A DNA stretch of 24,670 nt from Gemmatimonadota bacterium (GCA_003221005.1 QHTZ01000028.1:1-24670), one strand, 5' to 3'. Shown: positions 1-10,630, counted from the first letter of the stretch. A program made the numbers and translations. Notes: generated by a model not told the origin, from the sequence alone.

Positions 1-559
1 GGACCACCGCCGCGAGGTCGTCGGGCGGGAGGTCGATGTCGCGCTTCACCCGGCGGCGGCGCTTCGCCTCTTCCAGCACCTCCTCGAACGGCTCCTTGCC
101 CAGCTCGAACACCACGTCGCCGTACATCTGCACGAAGCGACGGTACGAGTCGTAGGCGAAGCGCGGATTGCCGGAGCCCGTGATCAGCCCCTCGACCGTG
201 GCGTCGTTCAGGCCGAGGTTCAGGATCGTCTCCATCATCCCGGGCATGGAGACGGCCGCACCCGACCGCACCGACACGAGCAGCGGGTTCTCGGGGCTGC
301 CGAACCGCTTCCTGCTGACCTGCTCGAGCTGCTTTAGGTGGCGATCGACTTCTTCGGGGAGGTCATCGGGGAAGGTGCCGAGCTCGAGGTAGCGGATGCA
401 CAGCTTGGCGGAGAGTGTAAACCCCGGGGGGACCGGGAGGCCGAGGTTCGCCATCTCCGCGAGGCCGGCGCCCTTGCCGCCCAGGACGTCGCGCATCGCG
501 GCGGAGCCGTCGGCGCGGCGATTGCCGAACGAGTAGACCCACCGCTCCAGCGACGGCAC
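1..559 (-). CDS. ppdK: Pyruvate, phosphate dikinase, N-terminal part (runs off the left edge)
   Basis: Not in the ORF track. Manual translation from GTG 559 gives MPSLERWVYSFG...LGGKGAGLAEMANLGLPVPPGFTLS...PLLVSVRSGAAVSMPGMMETILNLGLN...FAYDSYRRFVQMYGDVV, which are typical PPDK N-terminal motifs. Confidence 0.95.
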   Translation of the reverse strand, partial: MPSLERWVYSFGNRRADGSAAMRDVLGGKGAGLAEMANLGLPVPPGFTLSAKLCIRYLELGTFPDDLPEEVDRHLKQLEQVSRKRFGSPENPLLVSVRSGAAVSMPGMMETILNLGLNDATVEGLITGSGNPRFAYDSYRRFVQMYGDVVFELGKEPFEEVLEEAKRRRRVKRDIDLPPDDLAAVV

Positions 560-565
560 GGGGGG

Positions 566-1966
566 TCACGTCGGCAGCGCGGCGAGGAGCGGCGCCGCGT
601 GCCGCGCTCGCTCGAGATCCTCGGGGATCTCGGTCGGGTAGTCCCCCGAGAAGCATGCGTGGCAGAACTCCCCAGGATCGCCGCCCGCGGCACGCAGCAT
701 CCCGTCGAGCGACAGGTAGCCAAGGGTGTCCACGCCCAGGTGCTGGCGAATCTCTTCGATGCTGTTGGTCGACGCGATCAGCTCCTTCTTGCTCGGTGTG
801 TCTATCCCGTAGTAGCAGGGTCCGGTGATGGGGGGCGAGCCCACGCGGAAGTGCACTTCCTTGGCGCCCGCCTGCCGGATCAGCTGCACCAGGGCCCGGC
901 TCGTCGTGCCGCGCACGATGGAGTCGTCCACCACTACGACCCTCTTGCCCTCGAGCACCTCGCGCACGGGATTGAACTTGATCTTCACCTTGGCCGTGCG
1001 CCCCGCCTGCACCGGTTGGATGAAGGTGCGCCCCACGTAGTGATTGCGGATCAGCGCGTGCTCGAGCTTGAGCCCGGACACCTCCGAGAAGCCCAGCGCC
1101 ATCGCGTTCGACGAGTCGGGGACGGAGAAGACGCAGTCGGCGCCGGGAACGGGATGCTCCCGCGCGAGCTCGCGACCGAGCTCCCGCCGCACCCGGTCCA
1201 CCGAGCGATGGAACACGGTGCTGTCGGGGCGCGAGAAGTAGACCAGCTCGAAGACGCAGCGGCGATGCGGGCGGGATGGCAGGGAGGGAAGCTCGTCCAG
1301 GTCCGATCCCTGAATCCGGATCACGTTGCCCGGCTCGAGCTCCCGCGCCGGCGTGGCGCCGAGGATGTCGAGGGCGCACGTCTCGGAGGCGACCACCCAG
1401 CCGCTCCCGAGGCGCCCCAGCACGAGCGGTCGGAAGCCCCGCGGATCCATGATCGCGTACAGCGTGCGCCCGATTGTGACCACGAGCGAGTAGGCCCCCT
1501 CCACCCGCTCCAGCGCGTCCAGCAGCTGGTCCTCGGGCTCGCGCGCCTCGGATCGGGCGACCAGATGCACCAGCACTTCGCTGTCGGACGACGTCTGAAA
1601 GATCGAGCCCTTGGCGACGAGGTCGGAGCGGAGCTGCACGGCGTTCGTGAGGTTGCCGTTGTGGGCGAGGGCGAGCGGGCCTTCGCGGTAGCCGGCGAGC
1701 ATCGGCTGCGCGTTGGCAAGCACCGAGGAGCCGGCAGTCGAGTAGCGCGTGTGCCCGATCGCGACGTCGCCCGGGAGGTTGGCGATGACCTGCTCGCTGA
1801 AGATGTCCGAGACGAGGCCCATCCCCCGCTGTGAGCGAGCGGCGCCGGCGCCGTCCACCGCCACGATCCCGGCCGACTCCTGGCCGCGGTGCTGCAGGCT
1901 GTAGAGCCCGAGATACACCTGGCGGGCAGCGTCTGGTACGCCCGAGAGTCCGATGATGCCGCACAT
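566..1966 (-). CDS. purF: Amidophosphoribosyltransferase (Fe-S type)
   Basis: True start is MCGIIG (ATG 1966, catalytic Cys after Met). Motifs LQHRGQESAG, GHTRYST, HNGNLTN, VVVDDSIVRGTT; Fe-S cysteines in CVFE, PCYYGID and FCHACF. The ORF-track extension to 2449 is spurious. Confidence 0.97.
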   Translation of the reverse strand: MCGIIGLSGVPDAARQVYLGLYSLQHRGQESAGIVAVDGAGAARSQRGMGLVSDIFSEQVIANLPGDVAIGHTRYSTAGSSVLANAQPMLAGYREGPLALAHNGNLTNAVQLRSDLVAKGSIFQTSSDSEVLVHLVARSEAREPEDQLLDALERVEGAYSLVVTIGRTLYAIMDPRGFRPLVLGRLGSGWVVASETCALDILGATPARELEPGNVIRIQGSDLDELPSLPSRPHRRCVFELVYFSRPDSTVFHRSVDRVRRELGRELAREHPVPGADCVFSVPDSSNAMALGFSEVSGLKLEHALIRNHYVGRTFIQPVQAGRTAKVKIKFNPVREVLEGKRVVVVDDSIVRGTTSRALVQLIRQAGAKEVHFRVGSPPITGPCYYGIDTPSKKELIASTNSIEEIRQHLGVDTLGYLSLDGMLRAAGGDPGEFCHACFSGDYPTEIPEDLERARHAAPLLAALPT

Positions 1967-1974
1967 GCGCGCTG

Positions 1975-4236
1975 TCAGTCTCCCATGCGACGGGGGATCG
2001 CGTTGAAATATACGTCGCGGAGCTGGCCGACGGGGTGGCGACTTTCGGCGTTGCGCAGCGTGATTCGGACCGTGCCGTTCCGCTCGCCGACGGTCCCCGC
2101 GCGATACGCCGGCACGCCGAGCTCCTGCGCCAGGGCGAGGGCGGCGGCCGCGCGCTCCGGCGCGCACGTGATCACCGCGCGAGCCTGCGATTCGCTGAAC
2201 AGGACCTCGGCAGCCGTGAGTCGGGAGTAGGAGGAGAGATCGATCTCGAGCCCGAGGCCGTTCTCCTGATACGGGCCACCCATGGCGACCTCCGCGAGCG
2301 CCACTCCGAGCCCGCCCTGTGAGCAGTCGTGAGCCGACCGAAACAGGCCACGCTCGGCGCCCGTGACCAGATAGTCCACGAGTCGTCGCTCGGCGGCGAG
2401 ATCGACGCGCGGTGGTGTGCCGCCCTTGAAACCGTGCAGCGCCTCCCACAGCGCCGAGCCGCCGAGCTCCGCGCGCGTTTCCCCCAGCACGAACACCACG
2501 TCACCCGGCGCGGACGCGTGACTCGGCACCGCGCGGTCGATCCGCGCCAGGAGACCGACCATCCCCACCACGGGGGTTGGGTCCACGGCGCCGGTCGGGC
2601 TCTCGTTGTAGAACGAGACGTTGCCGCCGGTCACCGGCGTCCCGAGCGCCCGGCAGGCGTCGGCGATGCCGCGGCAGGCCTCGCGGAACTGGTAGAAGAC
2701 CTCGGGGCGCTCAGGGCTGCCGAAGTTGAGGCAGTCGGTGATTCCGAGGGGGCGGGCGCCGGAGCAGGCGACGTTGCGGGCGGCTTCTGCTACCGCCGCC
2801 TTCCCACCCTCGTATGGGTCGAGCCGCACGTAGCGGCTGTTGCCGTCTACGGTCACCGCGATCCCGAACTCGGCGTCGCGCACGCGGATTACACCCGCGT
2901 CGCCGCCGGGCCCGAACACGGTGCTCGCCTGGACCGTCGAGTCATACTGCTCGTAGACCCAGCGCTTCGAAGCGATCGCGGGATAGTCGAGTAGGCGCAG
3001 CAACACCTCATCGGGAGGCGGGAGGTGGGAGGCGGGAGGGGGTTGTGCGCGGCGCAGCTCCGCGATCCTCGGATCCTCTTGAGCCGCCGGGTCGTAGACG
3101 GGACAGTCTTCGACAAGGCGTTTGCCCGGAATCTCCGCCACGGTCTGGTCACCCCACCTCGCGCGATACATGCCGTCGTCGGTCACCCGGCCGATCGGGG
3201 TTGCGGTGAGCTCCCACTTGGCGGCGATCGCGGCGACCTGCGCGAGGCGGTCGGGCTTCGCGACCACGAGCATCCGCTCCTGGGACTCGGACAGCAGGAT
3301 CTCGTACGGGGTCATTCCCGGCTCCCGCGTGGGGACGAGCGAGAGGTCGATCTCGACCCCCACGCCACCCCGCGCCGCCATCTCGGCGGAGGACGAGGTA
3401 AGCCCTGCGGCGCCCATGTCCTGAATCGCCACGATGTGACCCGAGGCGATGAGCTCGAGGCTCGCCTCCAACAGGAGCTTCTCGGTGAAGGGATCGCCGA
3501 CCTGGACCTGGGGCCGTCGCTGCTCGCTGTCGTGCGTCAGCTCCTCGGACGCGAACGAGGCGCCGTGGATCCCGTCCCGCCCAGTGCGCGATCCGACGAC
3601 CACGAGCACGTTCCCCACTCCGCGCGCGGCGGCCCGGATCAGGTCGCGCTCCCGCACTAGACCCACGCACATGGCGTTGACGAGAGGATTGCCGGCGTAG
3701 CTCGCCCCGAAGTCCACTTCGCCCCCCAAGGTGGGGACGCCGACGCAGTTGCCGTAGTCGCCGATTCCCCTGACCACGCCCGCGCAGAGATAGCGGCTGC
3801 GCGGGTCCGCGAGGTCGCCGAAGCGCAGGCTGTTGAGGAGCGCCACGGGGCGTGCGCCCATGGTGAACACGTCGCGCAGGATGCCGCCCGCGCCCGTCGC
3901 GGCGCCTTGGTAGGGCTCCACCGCCGACGGATGATTGTGCGACTCGATCTTAAACGCGACCGCCCACCCGTCAGGGAGTCGCAGCACGCCGGCGTTCTCG
4001 CCCGGGCCCTGGACGACCTGGGGGCCTGTGGTCGGAAACTGCCTGAGCACCTGCTTCGAGTGCTTGTAGGAGCAGTGCTCGCTCCAGAGGGCGGAGAAGA
4101 TGCCAAGCTCCGCGAACGTGGGCGCGCGGCCCAGCAACGCCTCCACGTGGCGGTACTCGTCCGCGGTGAGATTGTGCTCGCGGACGAGCGCCGGCGTGAT
4201 CGGTGGGTCGCCCGGGAAGGGAGCGGGGCCGCTCAC
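1975..4236 (-). CDS. purL: Phosphoribosylformylglycinamidine synthase subunit PurL (small type)
   Basis: Motifs [64 protein letters not shown] start at 4236 overlaps the upstream TGA (GTGA). Confidence 0.96.
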   Translation of the reverse strand: MSGPAPFPGDPPITPALVREHNLTADEYRHVEALLGRAPTFAELGIFSALWSEHCSYKHSKQVLRQFPTTGPQVVQGPGENAGVLRLPDGWAVAFKIESHNHPSAVEPYQGAATGAGGILRDVFTMGARPVALLNSLRFGDLADPRSRYLCAGVVRGIGDYGNCVGVPTLGGEVDFGASYAGNPLVNAMCVGLVRERDLIRAAARGVGNVLVVVGSRTGRDGIHGASFASEELTHDSEQRRPQVQVGDPFTEKLLLEASLELIASGHIVAIQDMGAAGLTSSSAEMAARGGVGVEIDLSLVPTREPGMTPYEILLSESQERMLVVAKPDRLAQVAAIAAKWELTATPIGRVTDDGMYRARWGDQTVAEIPGKRLVEDCPVYDPAAQEDPRIAELRRAQPPPASHLPPPDEVLLRLLDYPAIASKRWVYEQYDSTVQASTVFGPGGDAGVIRVRDAEFGIAVTVDGNSRYVRLDPYEGGKAAVAEAARNVACSGARPLGITDCLNFGSPERPEVFYQFREACRGIADACRALGTPVTGGNVSFYNESPTGAVDPTPVVGMVGLLARIDRAVPSHASAPGDVVFVLGETRAELGGSALWEALHGFKGGTPPRVDLAAERRLVDYLVTGAERGLFRSAHDCSQGGLGVALAEVAMGGPYQENGLGLEIDLSSYSRLTAAEVLFSESQARAVITCAPERAAAALALAQELGVPAYRAGTVGERNGTVRITLRNAESRHPVGQLRDVYFNAIPRRMGD
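3013..3040 (+). repeat. Tandem heptamer repeat (GGGAGGN)x4 inside purL, G-quadruplex-type motif
   Basis: GGGAGGC GGGAGGT GGGAGGC GGGAGGG read directly; encodes the [10 protein letters not shown] linker on the minus strand. Confidence 0.85.
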
Positions 4237-4559
4237 TCGTCGAGCACCTTGGCCCCGGTGACGCCCCGCATGACCGCTCCGAACACGCGCGTGAAGATGC
4301 CGCGCTCGGGATGCTGCAGCAGCTGCTCCGCCTCGCCGGCGTCGAACCACAGGCCGTGGCAGTGCGTGCACTGGTCGATCTGCACGCCGTGCCAATCGCC
4401 CGTAATGAGGTCGTACCCGCACTTGGGGCACTTCATATGGTGGGAGCGGCGCTCGAGCTCAGCTGCGGTGCGGCGCGCCGCCTCGCGCTGCTGCCGGCGC
4501 AGCTCGGCGTCGCGGCGGGCGAAGTACTCCTCTTCGTTCTTGCTCGGCTTTTCGGTCAT
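4233..4559 (-). CDS. Small zinc-ribbon protein (zf-TFIIB-like family)
   Basis: 108 aa with an N-terminal charged helix ([14 protein letters not shown]), then MKCPKC-x17[13 protein letters not shown]. Start and stop overlap both neighbours. Confidence 0.85.
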   Translation of the reverse strand: MTEKPSKNEEEYFARRDAELRRQQREAARRTAAELERRSHHMKCPKCGYDLITGDWHGVQIDQCTHCHGLWFDAGEAEQLLQHPERGIFTRVFGAVMRGVTGAKVLDE

Positions 4560-5230
4560 GTAGTGTCGGGCCGGACTTTGAGATTGCCGCCGCCGGGCGG
4601 CGGCCCGTGGGGCTCTACGCTCGCGGGCGAGGAGGATTGGCCGCTGTAGTTGTGGCCCGGCCAGCGCACGATCGCGTCCACCACCTGGCCCTTCTGCAGG
4701 GTCACGACGTCAAGGGTGCCACACGTGTACTCGCAGCCGTTCTTGAAGAACAGGTACGTGAACTCACGGAGGTGTCGCACGGCCACGGGCGGGCCCCACA
4801 CCGAGTACACGTCCTTCTCGTGCATCCCTGGAGTGATGGTGCCGGTGTCATCGGAAACGTAGGGCTCGTCGCGCAGCCGCGGCGGGTTCATGCTGGTGGG
4901 GAGCTGCGGCGGCGCGGGCGGCGCCGGTGCCGCGGCTACGCGGCGCGGCGGCGTCGCGGGCGCGGGCTTCCCGGAGCCCGCGGGGGCAGCCGGCGCCCCG
5001 CCCGGAGGCGCGGGAGCCGGTGTGGGCTCCGCTGTGGGCGGGGGAGGCGGCGGCTTCTTGTGCAGCAACCTCTGGCGCAGGAGATCCACCTTCTGCCTCA
5101 GGGATGCGCCGATCGTCCTCACCGATGGGCCGATCGTCGTGCCGATCGTCGCGACTTGCTTCTTGACACGGTCACACCCGGAGGTGGCGGTCACCAACAG
5201 CGCGCACATCAACAGCGTGCTGCGTCGCAT
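4556..5230 (-). CDS. Hypothetical lipoprotein with Pro/Ala-rich linker and a C-terminal domain resembling SmpA/BamE-type folds
   Basis: Start [19 protein letters not shown] (lipobox-like, ATG 5230), long [16 protein letters not shown] linker, C-terminal [17 protein letters not shown]...CEYTC. ATGA overlap with the next gene. Confidence 0.7.
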   Translation of the reverse strand: MRRSTLLMCALLVTATSGCDRVKKQVATIGTTIGPSVRTIGASLRQKVDLLRQRLLHKKPPPPPPTAEPTPAPAPPGGAPAAPAGSGKPAPATPPRRVAAAPAPPAPPQLPTSMNPPRLRDEPYVSDDTGTITPGMHEKDVYSVWGPPVAVRHLREFTYLFFKNGCEYTCGTLDVVTLQKGQVVDAIVRWPGHNYSGQSSSPASVEPHGPPPGGGNLKVRPDTT

Positions 5231-5888
5231 TGCGAGCCTCCATCGATAAGAAGACGCGGGCTCCGTCAGGGCCGCCCAAGACCGGGGCGTTGCGACGCTC
5301 CGGATGCGGCATGATCCCCACCACGTTGCGCCCGGCGTTGCAGATCCCGGCGATCTCGTTGGTCGATCCGTTCGGGTTGTCGCGCACGTAGCGCCACACG
5401 ACGCGGTCGCCCGCCTCGAGCTCAGCAGTGGTACCCGGATCCGCGACATAGCGCCCGTCGCCGTGCGCGATCGGGAGCTCCAGGACCTCGCCCACCTGGT
5501 ACAAGCGCGTGAACGGCGTATCCGTCGACTCCACGCGCACCCACGCCGGGCGCGAGAGAAACCGCTGGCGGGCGTTGCGCATCAAGCCACCCGGGAGCAG
5601 ACCAGCCTCGCACAGGATCTGGAAGCCGTTGCAGATCCCCAGCACCGGCCCCCCGGCGCGGGCGTGGGCGGCCACGGATGCCATCACGGGGGAGAACCGG
5701 GCGATCGCGCCGGAGCGGAGATAGTCCCCGTAGCTGAAGCCGCCGGGGAGGACGACGACATCGGCGCGCTGCAGGTCCGTGTCGCGATGCCACACGTAGT
5801 ACGCGTCGCAGCCAGCCGCGCGGGCGGCCGCCAGCGTATCGGCGTCGCAGTTCGAGCCGGGGAAAACCACTACCGCCACGCGGGGCAT
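5172..5888 (-). CDS. purQ: Phosphoribosylformylglycinamidine synthase glutaminase subunit PurQ
   Basis: [28 protein letters not shown] (catalytic Cys), [17 protein letters not shown] at 5888. Confidence 0.96.
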   Translation of the reverse strand: MPRVAVVVFPGSNCDADTLAAARAAGCDAYYVWHRDTDLQRADVVVLPGGFSYGDYLRSGAIARFSPVMASVAAHARAGGPVLGICNGFQILCEAGLLPGGLMRNARQRFLSRPAWVRVESTDTPFTRLYQVGEVLELPIAHGDGRYVADPGTTAELEAGDRVVWRYVRDNPNGSTNEIAGICNAGRNVVGIMPHPERRNAPVLGGPDGARVFLSMEARNATQHAVDVRAVGDRHLRV

Positions 5889-6142
5889 CAACCGGTCCCC
5901 ACGGCCACGTCGAAGTCCTCGGTCACGGGGTTGGCGAGCAAGCGGTCGCACATCGCGCGCGCGCGGGCGGCGGCTTCGTCGCGACTGGCGGCCTCGACGT
6001 CGAGCAGCAGATGTTTCCCCACGCGCACGCGCGCCACCTCGCCGAACCCGAGCGCGTGCAGGGCGTGCTCGACGGCCTGGCCCTGCGGATCGAGCAGCGC
6101 GGCGCGCGGCATCACCCGGACTTCCACGCGGTAGGCGGTCAC
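5888..6142 (-). CDS. purS: Phosphoribosylformylglycinamidine synthase subunit PurS
   Basis: 84 aa from GTG 6142: [13 protein letters not shown]...VRVGK...[14 protein letters not shown]. It is the C-terminal end of the 402-aa track ORF. Confidence 0.94.
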   Translation of the reverse strand: MTAYRVEVRVMPRAALLDPQGQAVEHALHALGFGEVARVRVGKHLLLDVEAASRDEAAARARAMCDRLLANPVTEDFDVAVGTG

Positions 6143-7002
6143 GTCGCGCCGCCGCCAGGCACGATGGTGCGCGGCTCCTCCTCGTCGAACGGCGGCAGCG
6201 TTGGGCCGTCGGTGATGACGATCGGCCCCGCGATCTCGGCTTCCTCGTCGTCCTCGCGCTCGGTCAGGAGGCCGAGCAGCGCCGCGCGCAATACCCCGTA
6301 GCTCATGTAGGTGATTCCCAGCGGGAAGAAGAAGACGTCGTGCTCCAGGATGCCGAAGACGATCGTAAACATGATCGTGGCGAGACCTAAAAGCCCGCGC
6401 ACCGAGCGGAAGCCGGCGCGCGGCACGGTCGCGTACCGCACCTGGCTCACCATGAGGATCGTGAGGAGGATCATCAGGAATTGCATCAGGTGATGCCACG
6501 GCAGGCCCCGGAGCGCGCCCTGATACACGGCGGTCTGCGTGAACGGGTAATAGGTCGCCAGCGTCATTCCGGCGGCGGGCGAGGGAAGCCCGATGAACGC
6601 CGCCTTGGCGGCGCCGGCCTGTGTCACGTTGAAGCGCGCCAGCCGGATCGCCGCCGCCATGACGTAGAAGAAGCAGAAGATCCACTCCGCCTGGCCGGCG
6701 TTGGAGAAGACGAGCGCGTAGATCAGGAATGCGGGCGCGACGCCGAAGCTGACGACGTCCACCAGGCTGTCGAGCTCCGCCCCGAAACGGCTGCCGGTGT
6801 TGGAGAGCCGGGCCACGCGGCCGTCCAGCGCGTCGAGGATCCCCGCGAAGAAGATGTACCAGCTCGCGCGATAGAACTCGCCACGGCTGGCCAGAACCAT
6901 GGACCAGATCCCGAAGAACAGATTGAACAGTGTGAACAGGCTCGGGACGACGACCACCACTCGCCGCATACTTGGGGGGCGCGGGAACCGGGGCCCTCTC
7001 AT
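6139..7002 (-). CDS. pssA: CDP-diacylglycerol--serine O-phosphatidyltransferase
   Basis: [11 protein letters not shown]-alcohol phosphotransferase motif DALDGRVAR...[24 protein letters not shown]; adjacent to psd. The start could be ATG 6969. Confidence 0.93.
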   Translation of the reverse strand: MRGPRFPRPPSMRRVVVVVPSLFTLFNLFFGIWSMVLASRGEFYRASWYIFFAGILDALDGRVARLSNTGSRFGAELDSLVDVVSFGVAPAFLIYALVFSNAGQAEWIFCFFYVMAAAIRLARFNVTQAGAAKAAFIGLPSPAAGMTLATYYPFTQTAVYQGALRGLPWHHLMQFLMILLTILMVSQVRYATVPRAGFRSVRGLLGLATIMFTIVFGILEHDVFFFPLGITYMSYGVLRAALLGLLTEREDDEEAEIAGPIVITDGPTLPPFDEEEPRTIVPGGGAT

Positions 7003-7652
7003 AGCGCGTACTCAGCCAGGACCGACGCTCCCGCTCGGACGCGGTCGCCCACGCTGACCCGCACGGCGGGACGGCTGGAGCGGGGCAAGAACACATCCAC
7101 CCGCGAGCCGAAGCGAATCATCCCCATGCGCTGCGCCTGGGCGACGCGATCCCCGGTGCGACCGTCGGTCACGATGCGGCGCGCGATCAGCCCGGCAATC
7201 TGGCGCACGAGCACGGGGCCGGCCGGTCCGCGGATCCCGACCGAGGCCTGCTCGTTGTCGAGACTCGCTTTTTCGGATGCGGCGTGCAGGAATTTCCCCG
7301 GGTTGCGGTGCACCAGCTCGATCGATCCCGCGAGCGGATACCGGTTCACATGCACGTCCAAGACGTTCATGAAGATCGAAATGCGCGTCGCCTCCGTCTT
7401 GAGATACATCGGCTCATGCACCACCGCGACGTCCACGATCCTCCCGTCCGCCGGGGCGATGATGAACCGATCGCCGCGCGGCCCCCGGCGCTCGGGGTCG
7501 CGAAAGAACACCAGCAGCCACACGGCCAGCGCGAACAGGATCGCTTCGGGGATCCAGAGCCACGCGATCCCGCGCCCCGCACCCCACGCCCCGACCCCCG
7601 CGAGCGTCCACCCGGGCAGGATGAACGGCCAGCCTTCGGGCGCGATCCTCAC
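6999..7652 (-). CDS. psd: Phosphatidylserine decarboxylase proenzyme (short type)
   Basis: FFRDPER, APADGRI, SIFMNVLDVHVNR, QIAGLIARRI and FGSRVD (pyruvoyl self-cleavage site). Confidence 0.94.
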   Translation of the reverse strand: MRIAPEGWPFILPGWTLAGVGAWGAGRGIAWLWIPEAILFALAVWLLVFFRDPERRGPRGDRFIIAPADGRIVDVAVVHEPMYLKTEATRISIFMNVLDVHVNRYPLAGSIELVHRNPGKFLHAASEKASLDNEQASVGIRGPAGPVLVRQIAGLIARRIVTDGRTGDRVAQAQRMGMIRFGSRVDVFLPRSSRPAVRVSVGDRVRAGASVLAEYAL

Positions 7653-7655
7653 GGC

Positions 7656-8579
7656 TCACGCGACCCCCGGCAACGGTGTTCCGGTGAGCAACCGATACCC
7701 TTCCAGGTACCGGGCGCTCGTAGCCTGCACGACCTCGTCGGGGAGCCGGGGTGGTGGCGCATTGCCGTTCCACTCGCCCTGTTGCTTGAGCCGCGCCAAG
7801 TAGTCCCGCAGCGGCTGCTTGTCGAAGCTCGGCTGGCTCCGCCCCGGGCGATAGCGTTCGGCGGGCCAGAAGCGCGACGAGTCGGGCGTCAGGATCTCGT
7901 CGATCACGAGCAGCGTCCCCTCTGACGTCGTGCCGAACTCGAATTTCGTGTCCGCGATGATGATGCCGCGCGGGTCGGCAGAGGCGCGCCCGGCCTCGTA
8001 GAGGGCCAGACTCGCCCGTTTCAGCCGCTCCGCGAGCGCCTTGCCGAGTACCTGGGCCATGCGGTCGAACGTGACGTTCTCGTCGTGGCCAGCCTCCGCC
8101 TTTGTCGCGGGTGAGAAGATGGCGGGCTCGAGCCGCGCGCTCTCGACCAGCCCCGCGGGGAGGGGCTCACCCGCCAGCGTTCCCGACCGCTCGTATTCGG
8201 CCCACGCCGACCCGGCAAGGTAGCCCCGCACCACGCACTCGAACGGCACTGGAGTGGCGCGGCGGCACAGCATCGCCCGGCCGCCCAGCGTGTCGCGCGA
8301 GTCGGAGAGGGCGGGGACCTGAGTGACGATCTCATCCGCGTCCGCCGTGAGGAAGTGATTCGGGACGACGCGGGCGAGACGGCGGAACCAGAAGGCACTG
8401 AGCTGGGTCAGCACTGCCCCCTTGTGCGCGACCGGCTCCCGCATCACCACGTCGAACGCGCTCACCCGGTCACTCGCCACGAGCAGGAGCGCCTCGCCAT
8501 CCACCTCGTACACCTCCCGGACCTTGCCGCGGCGCAACAGCGGCAGGGGCAGGGCGCTGGCGACGAGGGGCGCGGTCAT
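7656..8579 (-). CDS. purC: SAICAR synthetase
   Basis: [65 protein letters not shown]. Confidence 0.96.
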   Translation of the reverse strand: MTAPLVASALPLPLLRRGKVREVYEVDGEALLLVASDRVSAFDVVMREPVAHKGAVLTQLSAFWFRRLARVVPNHFLTADADEIVTQVPALSDSRDTLGGRAMLCRRATPVPFECVVRGYLAGSAWAEYERSGTLAGEPLPAGLVESARLEPAIFSPATKAEAGHDENVTFDRMAQVLGKALAERLKRASLALYEAGRASADPRGIIIADTKFEFGTTSEGTLLVIDEILTPDSSRFWPAERYRPGRSQPSFDKQPLRDYLARLKQQGEWNGNAPPPRLPDEVVQATSARYLEGYRLLTGTPLPGVA

Positions 8580-9925
8580 ACGCTGACCTCCGCGGCCGCC
8601 GGTGCCGGGGCCACGGCCTCGATGCGGCGCAACAGCGCCGGCACCGCCTGGTTGAGGAAGTCGTCCACCTGGCGCGGCGCGCGCCCAACGTACGCCGCCG
8701 GGTCAAGCTCGTCGCGCCGTACGGCGACCTTGAGCGCCTTGAACGCCGGGTCGCGCGCGAGTCGCTCGAGCAGGTCGTTCGCTGCATCCTGCTCCGCCAC
8801 GGCCTGCGCCACGGCGAGGGCGTGAGTGCGGATCACCTCGTGGAGCCGCTGGCGGTCGCCGCCCGCCGCCACGCCGCGCATCAGGAGGTGCTCCGTGGCG
8901 AGGAATGGCAGCTGCGCCGCGACGTGTCGTGCAATCACCGGCTCTCGCACCTCGAGCCCGGCGGCCACATTCGTCGCGAGCACGAGGATCGCGTCGGTCG
9001 CGAGGAATGCCTCCGGGATCACCAGGCGGCGATTCGCGCTGTCGTCGAGTGTGCGCTCGAGCCACTGCTCCGCCGCCGTGTGCCACGCGTTCCCCTCGAG
9101 CTCGATGACGAAGCGCGCCAGGCCCGTCATCCGCTCCGCCCGCATCGGGTTGCGCTTGTACGCCATGGCGCTCGAGCCGACCTGGTCGCTCTCGAACGGC
9201 TCGAGGATTTCCCCTTCGTGCTGCAGCAGGCGCAGGTCGGTGGCGAACTTGGCGGCGGACTCCGCAATGCCCGACAGCGCCGCGAGCACCTGGGCATCGA
9301 CCTTGCGCGGATACGTTTGGCCCGTCACCGCGAAAGCTTTGGCGAACCCCATCTTCCGCGTGACGCGGACGTCGAGCTCGCGGACCTTGTCGTCGTCCCC
9401 GTGGAACAGCTCCAGGAAGCTCGCCTGGGTGCCGGTGGTCCCCTTCACGCCTCGAAACGCCAGCGTGTCCCGCCGGTGGAGCCGCTCTTCCCCGTCGAGC
9501 CGGAACTCGTAGCGGCGCGCCAAGTGCCCGAGAGCCACGAGCACCGCCGCCAGCCGGCCCAACAACAGGTCGAGCCCTTCGCGCATGAGAATGAGGTCGG
9601 CGTTGTCGGTCACGTAGGCGCTGGTGGCACCCAGGTGGATGAACGGACGGGCGGCGGGCGCCTGCTCGCCGAGGTGGTGGATGTGGGCCATGACGTCGTG
9701 GCGCAGCCGCTTCTCGTGTTCGGCGGCGCGCTCCAGGTCCGCGTCGTCCAGATGAGCGCGCGCCTCGGCCAGCGCGCGGTCGGGGATCTCGAGTCCGAGC
9801 TCCTGCTGCACCTCCAGCAGAGCGAGCCACAGCCGGCGCCACAGGCCGATGCGGCGCCGCTCCCCCCACAATGCTTGCATGGCGGGCGAGGCGTAGCGCT
9901 GGGACAGCGGCGAAGTGTACGTCAC
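8576..9925 (-). CDS. purB: Adenylosuccinate lyase, with an apparent in-frame internal deletion near 9508
   Basis: GTG 9925: [69 protein letters not shown]. The conserved TH-x-Q-x-A segment is missing between ARRY and EFRLD. Confidence 0.9.
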   Translation of the reverse strand: MTYTSPLSQRYASPAMQALWGERRRIGLWRRLWLALLEVQQELGLEIPDRALAEARAHLDDADLERAAEHEKRLRHDVMAHIHHLGEQAPAARPFIHLGATSAYVTDNADLILMREGLDLLLGRLAAVLVALGHLARRYEFRLDGEERLHRRDTLAFRGVKGTTGTQASFLELFHGDDDKVRELDVRVTRKMGFAKAFAVTGQTYPRKVDAQVLAALSGIAESAAKFATDLRLLQHEGEILEPFESDQVGSSAMAYKRNPMRAERMTGLARFVIELEGNAWHTAAEQWLERTLDDSANRRLVIPEAFLATDAILVLATNVAAGLEVREPVIARHVAAQLPFLATEHLLMRGVAAGGDRQRLHEVIRTHALAVAQAVAEQDAANDLLERLARDPAFKALKVAVRRDELDPAAYVGRAPRQVDDFLNQAVPALLRRIEAVAPAPAAAEVSV

Positions 9926-10630
9926 GCGAGTGCCACCTCGGCGTAGAGGTCCGGGGGATACCGCACCGCCACCAAGTAGAGCCCCTGAGGCGGAGCGGGC
10001 GGACTGGCCGCCTGGTTGTCGGTTGCGGCGAGCAGCGCAGTGAAGTCGGAAGGCGGGCGCCGGTGGAGCGCGACGTCGACCATCGCGCTCGGCGAGCGCC
10101 ACGCGGCAACGGTAGTCGGGCTTTGCCGCTCCGTGCGAGGCCAGGCCGCGGAAATCATGCGTCCCCAGCAGCGCTGCGGCCGCGCCGCTGAGCAGCGCCA
10201 CGTCGAGCGGGCGGCTCCCCCCCAAGGCCCACTCATACGGCCGGCGGAAGGGGGATTGCGCCGCGTCGTCGATGCCGACGAGATAGCGGTAGCGACGCGC
10301 CGTCGCGCTCCGCCGCGCGTGAAAGCCCGGCCGCATCGCCAGCACACGCTCCACCCAGATGTCCCGCGGCAACAGCGCGTTGAGGGCCCGCCGCAGGCCC
10401 GCCGGATCCTGCCCCCACCGCTCGCCGGCGGCGAATCCCACCCCTTGCCCCAGGGCGTGCACGCCGGCGTCGGTGCGACCGGCACCCGTCGCCGCCGTCG
10501 GCCGGCCGAGCAGGCGCTCCAGCACCGCCTCGAACTCCGCCTGCACGGTGCGCCCTTCCGCCTGCCGCTGCCACCCGACGAACTGGGCCCCGTCGTAGTG
10601 CACTACGGCGAGGTAGGGCCGGCTCGTCAC
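9922..10630 (-). pseudogene. truA: tRNA pseudouridine(38-40) synthase, frameshifted near 10087 (probably an assembly artefact)
   Basis: First frame: YDGAQFVGWQRQ, GAGRTDAGVHA, FHARRSATARRYRY, LLGTHDF. The C-terminus MVDVAL...APPQGLYLVAVRY is in another frame ending TGA 9922. The FLxxMVR segment is missing. Confidence 0.88.

Noticed and set aside
557-568. purF stop in frame with the ppdK start (TGA CCC CCC GTG), suggesting a read-through fusion
   Set aside because: One-in-three chance arrangement; both proteins have normal termini and no recoding signal is visible.
338-1834. 498-aa plus-strand ORF, and similar long antisense ORFs (18013-19902, 12673-13800, 8822-9946, 15790-16758, 20492-21523, 21505-22575)
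   Set aside because: Shadow ORFs opposite well-conserved genes, expected from high GC and codon bias; no recognisable motifs.
8576-10630. Novel TruA-PurB fusion protein
   Set aside because: The real TruA C-terminus and stop codon are in another frame and purB has its own coupled GTG; the ORF results from a deletion and frameshift.
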